Shown here in pieces: positions 40,534 through 49,332 of a DNA stretch of 64,000 nucleotides; within the stretch, counting starts at the first letter, position 1; each line of letters begins with the position of its first letter. The notes beneath the pieces are model-generated. The model made no database searches, was not told where the DNA came from, and saw only the letters and a program-made list of their open reading frames with translations. Where the stretch lies: positions 1 to 64,000 of the forward strand of contig NW_027437471.1 in the NCBI RefSeq assembly GCF_964204645.1, read 5' to 3'. This DNA comes from Tubulanus polymorphus. Taxonomy: Eukaryota; Animalia; Nemertea. Position numbers and translations under genes: made by a program.

Positions 40534-42993
40534 CTACGGGACGTTCATGCCTCGGGGCGTGTTCGTGTCGAGTCGTCGTATCCAGTCTTGTTCGGCTGCT
40601 TCGCGGATCGGTCTCGTGGAGCCTGGTAGGTGTTGGAGACCGTACACCCGAAAGTGTTCGCGGGTGTGGTCGACTTGGTTGAAGTGGTCCGAGACTGGAG
40701 TCGAATTCTTCGTTCTGATGCGTGAGACGTGATGAGTGACGCGTTCTCGTAGAGACATTCCGGTTTGGCCGACGTACAGCATGTTGCACTTGGTGCATTC
40801 GATGCAGTATACAATTTCACGGGTCGCGCAATTAATTGTGCTGCGGATCGCGTGCATTTTGTTGTGGCTGCGGCAAACGGTTGTTTCTCGGACGAGTGGA
40901 CACGTACGACATCTCGGTGTTCTGCATTTCTCGGTGCCTCGACGTCGGGTTGACGGAGTTCTTTGAGTAGACCTGGAAATAGAAGAATTGGAAACAACGG
41001 AAGTATTTCTGTTACGATGCGGTGAAGAGGGGACTCGGGGAGGGGGTGGCTCCGTGGGTTTGAGCTGCGACGAAGTTAGGAGATCTTTGAGACTCTTGTG
41101 CTTGGTGTAGGCGGTGACCGTGGTTACCTCGTCAGACCGGCCGGTGGCCGTAGCCAGTTCCGTAAATCTGGTTCGGATGTTACGGGCTAGGGTTCGGTTG
41201 GCTTCGGAGTGAGGTAAGATAAGCGGTAAACGCTTTTTCGGCGGTTCGTCGGCCCGTTGTTGTTCTCGTAGATCTCGTTCGGCGTGGTGCCGTAGAGCTT
41301 GGCTTTTGATGTGTCGCAGTTCGCGGTCTTTGTAGCCACGACCTCTGAGTACTTTAAGGACGGTTCCGGACGCTGCGTGTAAGTCCGAATCGTTATTGCA
41401 GATGCGCCGGAACCGGAGAATTTGACTTTTAACTATACCGGAAAATGTGTGTTTAGGGTGAAACGAGGATCGATGTAGTAATTGATGCGAATCGGTTGGT
41501 TTGAAGTAGACTTTGGTGTCTACTGTGCCACTTGTCTCGAATCGCGGGCCTTTGAAAGTGGTTACGTCCAGGAAGTTGACGCTGGTGTCGCTGATTTCGA
41601 ACTTGAGTTTGATGGATCGGCTCACTGTTTGTAGGACGTCGATGAATTGCATCAACGTTTCGCGGCCGTGTTCCCAAACTATGTAGATGTCGTCGATGAA
41701 CCGAGCGTATAGCGATGGTTGGAGTTCGCTTCTGGACAGACCTTCTTTTTCCCATTCGGCTACAAAGATATTGGCATAAGAAGGAGCAAAACGCTTACCC
41801 ATTGCGGTACCTTTTACCTGTAAATATGTGTTTTCGTTAAAGTTAAAGTCATTTTTCTTCAGGCTGATTTCGAGTAGTTTCAGTAGCTCGGCATCCGGGC
41901 GTCCCGGGTTCGGGTTATCTCGGAGAGCTTGTCGGATGCTGGCGATACCCTCTTCGTGGGGGATGTTGGTGTAGAGCGAATCGATGTCCATGGTGACGAG
42001 TAACGCATCGGCGCTAAATTGTTTACCGGCCAAAATATCTAGAAAGTGGTTGGTATCTTTGACGTACGACGGGTGACCGCGGGCGATCGGCTGCAAATAG
42101 TAGTCGATCCATTCCGAAATTTCGTAGGTTTCGGAGCCGCAGTCGGAGACGATCGGTCTCCCCGGCGGTACGCGATCGGGTACCGTCCACTTCTCGCGTT
42201 CTTTATGGATTTTGGGAAGCAGATAGAACTGCCTCTGTTTCGGATTATCGGGCGGTAATAGATATTCGGCGGTTTTTAGCGGGATGATTTTTCGTCGAGC
42301 CATATTTTCGATGATTTCGCGAATTTCTTCCCCGGTCTGTTCGAAAATCGGTTGCTGCAGCGGCTGATAATACTCGAGATCGGCTAGTTGGCGCATGGCT
42401 TCGTGGACGTAGTCGTCGCGGTCCATGATAACCGTAGCGGAACCCTTATCGGCGGCTTTGATGACAATATTAGTGTTGTCACGCAGCTGCTGGAGGGCTT
42501 CGCGTTCCTGTTTAGTGAGGTTATCATTTACGCGACGCGTATCCCTGGTTTGTTGAGCCAATTCGTGCGCGTCGTTGCAGAACCCGGCGATTACTGGTTC
42601 TATTTCATCCGGAGCCCAACTGCTGGGCAGACGGAAACGCGGAGCCTCGCGGTCCGGTTTGTCTCGGAAGTGATGGTCGAGTTTCACTAGCCGGTTGAAT
42701 CGGCACACTCCCTTGGTGCGCTCGGTCGCGGCGGCATCAGAACCGATTTTTGGAGTCGGGCAATAAGTGAGGCCCTTTCGGAGTAGCTGATGTTGCGCCG
42801 GACTTAGGCGGAGTGAACGTGTGAGGTTGACCACCGGGCTCCCGAGAGCGGTGACCGGATCGCGTCGCGCTTGGTTTGGTGCCGGTTCTTCGTGTTCGTC
42901 GGACCTGGAAATGGAAGAAATCAGAGAAGCATTGGTTAATTCCGGTTGATTTAACTCACCAATAGTGGACCCGTTGGTCTCACTAATACTTAG
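40534..42993 (-). CDS. PLE reverse transcriptase + GIY-YIG endonuclease (frame open upstream to the ORF1 end; likely expressed by -1 frameshift)
   Basis: ADKGS, FYLLPKIHK, PGRPIVS, MDIDSLYTNIP, GTAMG, RFIDD, FLDV, YFKPT, CRTPRCRTC, IVYCIECTKC..YVGQT..RERVTHH..E..GMN. Confidence 0.96.
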   Translation of the reverse strand, partial: LSISETNGSTIGELNQPELTNASLISSISRSDEHEEPAPNQARRDPVTALGSPVVNLTRSLRLSPAQHQLLRKGLTYCPTPKIGSDAAATERTKGVCRFNRLVKLDHHFRDKPDREAPRFRLPSSWAPDEIEPVIAGFCNDAHELAQQTRDTRRVNDNLTKQEREALQQLRDNTNIVIKAADKGSATVIMDRDDYVHEAMRQLADLEYYQPLQQPIFEQTGEEIREIIENMARRKIIPLKTAEYLLPPDNPKQRQFYLLPKIHKEREKWTVPDRVPPGRPIVSDCGSETYEISEWIDYYLQPIARGHPSYVKDTNHFLDILAGKQFSADALLVTMDIDSLYTNIPHEEGIASIRQALRDNPNPGRPDAELLKLLEISLKKNDFNFNENTYLQVKGTAMGKRFAPSYANIFVAEWEKEGLSRSELQPSLYARFIDDIYIVWEHGRETLMQFIDVLQTVSRSIKLKFEISDTSVNFLDVTTFKGPRFETSGTVDTKVYFKPTDSHQLLHRSSFHPKHTFSGIVKSQILRFRRICNNDSDLHAASGTVLKVLRGRGYKDRELRHIKSQALRHHAERDLREQQRADEPPKKRLPLILPHSEANRTLARNIRTRFTELATATGRSDEVTTVTAYTKHKSLKDLLTSSQLKPTEPPPPRVPSSPHRNRNTSVVSNSSISRSTQRTPSTRRRGTEKCRTPRCRTCPLVRETTVCRSHNKMHAIRSTINCATREIVYCIECTKCNMLYVGQTGMSLRERVTHHVSRIRTKNSTPVSDHFNQVDHTREHFRVYGLQHLPGSTRPIREAAEQDWIRRLDTNTPRGMNVP

Positions 42994-42999
42994 TTTAAA
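42963..42999 (-). promoter_or_regulatory. Predicted -1 ribosomal frameshift signal: U_UUA_AAC, 7-nt spacer, hairpin (heptamers also at 49332-49338, 55686-55692, 62040-62046)
   Basis: Heptamer in the correct phase immediately before the ORF1 UAA; -1 frame open into RT; stem TAGTG-A-GACC-AACG-GGTC-CACTA. Confidence 0.85.
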
Positions 43000-44546
43000 C
43001 CACTGAGCCAGTGGTCCAGCAGGGTGTTAGCTGTACCACGGTTCCAGTGGATCCCGTCTCCAACAACTCTGAAGCGTCGATCATCGATGGGTGGTATCGC
43101 GGTGACGTCGTCGTTATTCTCGAGGAATTCGTTGAACTTCCGGGCGAACTGCTGGTGTTCGCGGGTCGTGTTGAGTTGAACGAAGTGGACGAACGAGTGC
43201 TGATACTTCTTGACTGCGGCGTTGATCAGGCGCTGTGTGGTCTTCTTGGCGGTCGCTTCGAAGTTGTTGTCGCGGTTGTTGATTCCGACGCTGATGATCA
43301 CCGTATCCGGGCGATCTCGGCGCTCCGGTACAGCATCGATCAGGTCGGCGAGATGAGCTATCTTGCAGCCGGGGAAGCTCTCGATCTGGACGTCATCCGG
43401 ACGGCGGCTTGATGTGATGTTACTCAGATTTGAGTCACCAATCACCAGAATGGGTCGCCGGGTTGGTGGCAGACTCCAATCCTGTTTCTTCCGACCCGTT
43501 TTCGGATGACGGCGAACTTCCTGGGGCGCCATCGGTCTCGGTGTTGGCGTCGGACTTCGCGCTGGCAGTAGGCGCCCTGGTGACCTGTAATGAGACGGAG
43601 AGCTGGAAAGAGAAGAAGAGAGAGACGGCGTCGGACTGCTGGTTGGTGCGGTCGGCGTTCTCTGCGGCGGCGGCGTCGGGTTTCGAGGCGGCGGCGTCGG
43701 ACTTCTCGGTGGTGTCGGACTTCTTGGTGGCGGCGGCGGCGTCGGCATCGGACTTCTCGGTGGTGGCGCCATTCTGGTTGGTGGCGTCCTGGTGACATCC
43801 GCGTAGCTTCTCGGTGACCTGGAATCAGAAAAAGAAGGAGACGCTGTGGGCGCGGCGGGCGCGGCTGCGGTTGGTGCAGGCGTCCTCGGCGTCGCGGGCT
43901 TTCGAATCTTCCGGCTCGGTCTCGGCGGCGGACGAATCTTCGGCTCCGTGGGTGCCTCCTGGTGGTGTGACCTGAAATGAGAAGGGGAAGAAGGTGGGTT
44001 AGATAGGACATTTCTGAGTTTGTCAGACAGAGCCTGACCGCGGAATTTCGACCGCAAATCCAGCGCGATGTTGAAAAGCCGGATCGTTCCGGGGCTCAGA
44101 CGGGAGCCGAAATTCCTCCGGGCCCATGTCAGGGCGACATCCTGTGCTGATAGACAGTCCGGCAGAGGATCACCCATTAGCTCAACAAATGTGGCAGCAT
44201 AATGGATGGTCAGCTCTTTCGAAACTGTCTCCATCCAGACGTCCGCGGCAGCGTGCAGCTGCACCGTTACTGCTTCGGTGCAAGCCGCCGGCCGCAGGAA
44301 CATCTTCAGATGGTCCTTCTTCCTCCGAATCGCTTTCGGACCAGAGCTCAACTGGGCAAGGTGGTGCGCCACTTGAAGAGCTCTATAATACGTTTTCGGC
44401 GACATCCCGGGTTGCTGGTGTCGCTCAGGGCGTCCTCCGCCCTTGCTGGTCTTCTCAGCTGGTGGTCGTTTCTTCTTTCGAGTAGATCGCTCCATTGACA
44501 GATATTTCGGCGAGGTTGCCTTCGTCAGTGTCAGTGCAGGAATCAT
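42990..44546 (-). CDS. PLE ORF1: basic/helical N-terminus, Pro/Ser/Thr-rich linker, C-terminal SGNH/GDSL esterase (likely true start Met18 at 44495)
   Basis: SGNH blocks ILVIGDSNL, SFPG, ISVGINN, DGIH. Confidence 0.9.
   Translation of the reverse strand: MIPALTLTKATSPKYLSMERSTRKKKRPPAEKTSKGGGRPERHQQPGMSPKTYYRALQVAHHLAQLSSGPKAIRRKKDHLKMFLRPAACTEAVTVQLHAAADVWMETVSKELTIHYAATFVELMGDPLPDCLSAQDVALTWARRNFGSRLSPGTIRLFNIALDLRSKFRGQALSDKLRNVLSNPPSSPSHFRSHHQEAPTEPKIRPPPRPSRKIRKPATPRTPAPTAAAPAAPTASPSFSDSRSPRSYADVTRTPPTRMAPPPRSPMPTPPPPPRSPTPPRSPTPPPRNPTPPPQRTPTAPTSSPTPSLSSSLSSSPSHYRSPGRLLPARSPTPTPRPMAPQEVRRHPKTGRKKQDWSLPPTRRPILVIGDSNLSNITSSRRPDDVQIESFPGCKIAHLADLIDAVPERRDRPDTVIISVGINNRDNNFEATAKKTTQRLINAAVKKYQHSFVHFVQLNTTREHQQFARKFNEFLENNDDVTAIPPIDDRRFRVVGDGIHWNRGTANTLLDHWLSGLN
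44496..44533 (-). ncRNA. Type I minimal hammerhead ribozyme, unit 1
   Basis: UGACA-CUGACGA-A-GGC-AACCUC-GCC-GAAA-UA-UC/UGUCA: complete core, stems I and II, minimal palindromic stem III. Confidence 0.85.
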
Positions 44547-44569
44547 GCTGAACTAGGATTAGACACGGG

Positions 44570-44577
44570 TTTTTATA
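44570..44577 (-). promoter_or_regulatory. Candidate TATA box (TATAAAAA) upstream of the hammerhead/ORF1
   Basis: Motif and position only; present in all units. Confidence 0.4.
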
Positions 44578-46872
44578 CACGCAGCGCGCAACAAGTGAAC
44601 AGTATTTGAGTTAGAAGTTAAGTGACCATATGAGACCTTGTGATCTAGACTAATTGTACTTCTGTGATCAAGCTAATAGACAAACTAGGGGTCTGACTAA
44701 TTATGCCTTTGATCCAGAGTGACTAGAAAACAGCACTAATTATGGCCCTTGATCTAGCTGTTGAATAGTTTGCTTTGATGTATAGTTCTAAAGATCTAAA
44801 GAACGGCGTGTCTAATATAGAATTGAAAAGTTTATTTCGATATAACCTAATAAATACTCAAAGTGTTTTCTATAAAGAGAAATCTAGAATATGTATTATT
44901 AATATACGTGAACCGGAATGTTCGAAATATGTCCGAGTTCAGTTTCAAAATTGCTTAATTCCTAATTAGTTTAGACGCGTTAATTAGCGGTGCGCGGCCG
45001 AGGCGTATTCCGATATACGCGTGTTTACTAAATAGTCGTAAATGGTGAAATCCGGCTCTTAGTTAATCAAGTTTTCTCCGTATTCTAAAGCTTTAAAGAG
45101 CGGATTTTGAAATATCTACGCGGTATTCTACCGAAAATTGGATGAATTAGACAGCGCGGCGTCGGCGATTTAGTAGGAAGTTATAACCCGTAAGATCTAA
45201 ATTACTGAGTGAGCGCGGGTGGTTAATTAGCCCTAATTATGGGTGACGAGTTTTGATAAAAATGTCTTACTGATACGTCTGTTTTAATTCTAAGTTCTTA
45301 AATATAATTCTATTAGATAAACTACGCTTATTTAGAGTTATTAGGATCGAGTAAAGCTATGTGAACTTGAATATGTGACAAATATATTCAGACCGGAGCG
45401 CGGGTATTCAGTAAATCGGTTTAAGCTTGCGTAGTTTGAGTGGTTCAAAAACACTATGATCTCTTCTTTAATCCGAAGGTTGAAATATATACGTGATATA
45501 AAACTCTTTTTGAATCGGGAATATTGGGCTGTGTTCTTTGAAAAAAAACTGATGAGTTTGAAGGCGTCATAACTGCGATTTTGTATAGAATTGAGTCGGA
45601 TAATTAGTCAAGAGGCGCGGGTGGCCGATCGGTCACTAATTATGAGTGACTTGTAAACAGTGATTGATGTCCGTGGACTATTATTTATCCTATAAACTTC
45701 TTATACTTCTACAACCTATAGTGCGGTTTTTGAATATAGCTACTAATACTTTTGAGCGATCTCATTAGAATTGTTATCCGAAATAAACTGTCTGTTTTAG
45801 AGAAATTTGAAACTTGACACCCGGATCTATATAGAGTATGTTCCAAGAGTTGGCGCGTAGATACGATAATAGTTAATTAGGACGTAGCGGGTTAGGTCCC
45901 CGACCGAACGTTATAGATTAAACGGAGGTTAATTAGGGTGCCGCGGGTTCGAGTCCCGACCAGGCGCCGTTTAGTAATTGAATAGTTCTATTCTAAATGT
46001 TTTTTACCTATTCTGGATTCCTTTTAATTCTGAATCTTTGACGGATACAATAGTACTTTTCAGATGTTTCTACGATATAATCTTAGTGCCGACGCATATT
46101 TTCAAAATAAATAAGAGCGGTGGACTGGTTACCGGTATCTAACGCGGGGCACCGGCAACCCGTCAGTACTAGCGGTTAATTTCGGAGCGGCGGGTACGGT
46201 TCCCGAGTATTCTCCGGAGCTTAATTCGGGTGCCGCGGGTTCGAGTCCCGATCAGGCGCGCCGTTTTAGTAATTGAGTATATTCTTACCTATTCTAGATT
46301 CCCTTTCTTTCTAAATTTATAATAGATTAATTAATACTTTTCGGGTGTTTTTATGATATAATCTCAGTGCTGACGCATATTTTCGAAATAGATAATAGCG
46401 GTGGACTGGTTACCGGTTTCTATCGTCCCGGGACAGGCAACCAGTCTGTACTAGCGGTTAGGGTTCGGTTCCCGATATCGCGCTTTTGTTTATTTTTCTA
46501 ACTGTTTCTGATATTTGGTCTGTCTTCTTACTTACTGAATTTCGATTGAGTTTTCAAAGTAAAGCAGAGAGAACTAATTAAAAGATAAAAGGTTGATGAT
46601 TCCTGTGGAGCTTGTGATCTTGGAGTTTGTTTTGTACTCTGTCTCTGAGCGGGTTTCTGCTTCAGGCGACGGAGGATGATTCTGCAAATAGATTGATGAT
46701 TAATAATTAATCAGTTAAGATAATTTACGAGGGAAACCTGGCACGGGCTAAGGTTAGGTTTAGAGATAGAGGTTAGGGGACCAAACCGAAGGTTTGGAGA
46801 CCCCACTAGTGCACGGGCAGCGGGTTATCCCTGTAAAAAAGTAGTGAGAGTTAATTGTTGTAGTGAGGCGGT

Positions 46873-49332
46873 CTACGGGACGTTCATGCCTCGGGGCGTG
46901 TTCGTGTCGAGTCGTCGTATCCAGTCTTGTTCGGCTGCTTCGCGGATCGGTCTCGTGGAGCCTGGTAGGTGTTGGAGACCGTACACCCGAAAGTGTTCGC
47001 GGGTGTGGTCGACTTGGTTGAAGTGGTCCGAGACTGGAGTCGAATTCTTCGTTCTGATGCGTGAGACGTGATGAGTGACGCGTTCTCGTAGAGACATTCC
47101 GGTTTGGCCGACGTACAGCATGTTGCACTTGGTGCATTCGATGCAGTATACAATTTCACGGGTCGCGCAATTAATTGTGCTGCGGATCGCGTGCATTTTG
47201 TTGTGGCTGCGGCAAACGGTTGTTTCTCGGACGAGTGGACACGTACGACATCTCGGTGTTCTGCATTTCTCGGTGCCTCGACGTCGGGTTGACGGAGTTC
47301 TTTGAGTAGACCTGGAAATAGAAGAATTGGAAACAACGGAAGTATTTCTGTTACGATGCGGTGAAGAGGGGACTCGGGGAGGGGGTGGCTCCGTGGGTTT
47401 GAGCTGCGACGAAGTTAGGAGATCTTTGAGACTCTTGTGCTTGGTGTAGGCGGTGACCGTGGTTACCTCGTCAGACCGGCCGGTGGCCGTAGCCAGTTCC
47501 GTAAATCTGGTTCGGATGTTACGGGCTAGGGTTCGGTTGGCTTCGGAGTGAGGTAAGATAAGCGGTAAACGCTTTTTCGGCGGTTCGTCGGCCCGTTGTT
47601 GTTCTCGTAGATCTCGTTCGGCGTGGTGCCGTAGAGCTTGGCTTTTGATGTGTCGCAGTTCGCGGTCTTTGTAGCCACGACCTCTGAGTACTTTAAGGAC
47701 GGTTCCGGACGCTGCGTGTAAGTCCGAATCGTTATTGCAGATGCGCCGGAACCGGAGAATTTGACTTTTAACTATACCGGAAAATGTGTGTTTAGGGTGA
47801 AACGAGGATCGATGTAGTAATTGATGCGAATCGGTTGGTTTGAAGTAGACTTTGGTGTCTACTGTGCCACTTGTCTCGAATCGCGGGCCTTTGAAAGTGG
47901 TTACGTCCAGGAAGTTGACGCTGGTGTCGCTGATTTCGAACTTGAGTTTGATGGATCGGCTCACTGTTTGTAGGACGTCGATGAATTGCATCAACGTTTC
48001 GCGGCCGTGTTCCCAAACTATGTAGATGTCGTCGATGAACCGAGCGTATAGCGATGGTTGGAGTTCGCTTCTGGACAGACCTTCTTTTTCCCATTCGGCT
48101 ACAAAGATATTGGCATAAGAAGGAGCAAAACGCTTACCCATTGCGGTACCTTTTACCTGTAAATATGTGTTTTCGTTAAAGTTAAAGTCATTTTTCTTCA
48201 GGCTGATTTCGAGTAGTTTCAGCAGCTCGGCATCCGGGCGTCCCGGGTTCGGGTTATCTCGGAGAGCTTGTCGGATGCTGGCGATACCCTCTTCGTGGGG
48301 GATGTTGGTGTAGAGCGAATCGATGTCCATGGTGACGAGTAACGCATCGGCGCTAAATTGTTTACCGGCCAAAATATCTAGAAAGTGGTTGGTATCTTTG
48401 ACGTACGACGGGTGACCGCGGGCGATCGGCTGCAAATAGTAGTCGATCCATTCCGAAATTTCGTAGGTTTCGGAGCCGCAGTCGGAGACGATCGGTCTCC
48501 CCGGCGGTACGCGATCGGGTATCGTCCACTTCTCGCGTTCTTTATGGATTTTGGGAAGCAGATAGAACTGCCTCTGTTTCGGATTATCGGGCGGTAATAG
48601 ATATTCGGCGGTTTTTAGCGGGATGATTTTTCGTCGAGCCATATTTTCGATGATTTCGCGAATTTCTTCCCCGGTCTGTTCGAAGATCGGTTGCTGCAGC
48701 GGCTGATAATACTCGAGATCGGCTAGTTGGCGCATGGCTTCGTGGACGTAGTCGTCGCGGTCCATGATAACCGTAGCGGAACCCTTATCGGCGGCTTTGA
48801 TGACAATATTAGTGTTGTCACGCAGCTGCTGGAGGGCTTCGCGTTCCTGTTTAGTGAGGTTATCATTTACGCGACGCGTATCCCTGGTTTGTTGAGCCAA
48901 TTCGTGCGCGTCGTTGCAGAACCCGGCGATTACTGGTTCTATTTCATCCGGAGCCCAACTGCTGGGCAGACGGAAACGCGGAGCCTCGCGGTCCGGTTTG
49001 TCTCGGAAGTGATGGTCGAGTTTCACTAGCCGGTTGAATCGGCACACTCCCTTGGTGCGCTCGGTCGCGGCGGCATCAGAACCGATTTTTGGAGTCGGGC
49101 AATAAGTGAGGCCCTTTCGGAGTAGCTGATGTTGCGCCGGACTTAGGCGGAGTGAACGTGTGAGGTTGACCACCGGGCTCCCGAGAGCGGTGACCGGATC
49201 GCGTCGCGCTTGGTTTGGTGCCGGTTCTTCGTGTTCGTCGGACCTGGAAATGGAAGAAATCAGAGAAGCATTGGTTAATTCCGGTTGATTTAACTCACCA
49301 ATAGTGGACCCGTTGGTCTCACTAATACTTAG
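46873..49332 (-). CDS. PLE RT + GIY-YIG, unit 2
   Basis: Same motifs; intact. Confidence 0.96.
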   Translation of the reverse strand, partial: LSISETNGSTIGELNQPELTNASLISSISRSDEHEEPAPNQARRDPVTALGSPVVNLTRSLRLSPAQHQLLRKGLTYCPTPKIGSDAAATERTKGVCRFNRLVKLDHHFRDKPDREAPRFRLPSSWAPDEIEPVIAGFCNDAHELAQQTRDTRRVNDNLTKQEREALQQLRDNTNIVIKAADKGSATVIMDRDDYVHEAMRQLADLEYYQPLQQPIFEQTGEEIREIIENMARRKIIPLKTAEYLLPPDNPKQRQFYLLPKIHKEREKWTIPDRVPPGRPIVSDCGSETYEISEWIDYYLQPIARGHPSYVKDTNHFLDILAGKQFSADALLVTMDIDSLYTNIPHEEGIASIRQALRDNPNPGRPDAELLKLLEISLKKNDFNFNENTYLQVKGTAMGKRFAPSYANIFVAEWEKEGLSRSELQPSLYARFIDDIYIVWEHGRETLMQFIDVLQTVSRSIKLKFEISDTSVNFLDVTTFKGPRFETSGTVDTKVYFKPTDSHQLLHRSSFHPKHTFSGIVKSQILRFRRICNNDSDLHAASGTVLKVLRGRGYKDRELRHIKSQALRHHAERDLREQQRADEPPKKRLPLILPHSEANRTLARNIRTRFTELATATGRSDEVTTVTAYTKHKSLKDLLTSSQLKPTEPPPPRVPSSPHRNRNTSVVSNSSISRSTQRTPSTRRRGTEKCRTPRCRTCPLVRETTVCRSHNKMHAIRSTINCATREIVYCIECTKCNMLYVGQTGMSLRERVTHHVSRIRTKNSTPVSDHFNQVDHTREHFRVYGLQHLPGSTRPIREAAEQDWIRRLDTNTPRGMNVP

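Larger units (their letters stand above)
40413..46751 (-). mobile_element. Penelope-like retroelement (Neptune-type architecture), unit 1, 6339 bp
   Basis: RT + Cys linker + GIY-YIG, SGNH ORF1, hammerhead; periodic with downstream units. Confidence 0.95.

Noticed and set aside
42832-42834. GTG as the RT start codon
   Set aside because: The frame stays open upstream to a slippery site; frameshift fusion explains it better
43011-44498. Antisense and alternative-frame ORFs inside the PLE
   Set aside because: Shadows of GC-rich coding sequence with no recognisable motifs
40413-46751. LTR retrotransposon, LINE or group II intron assignment
   Set aside because: No integrase, RNase H, APE domain or poly(A); the DKG motif, C-terminal GIY-YIG and hammerhead identify a PLE
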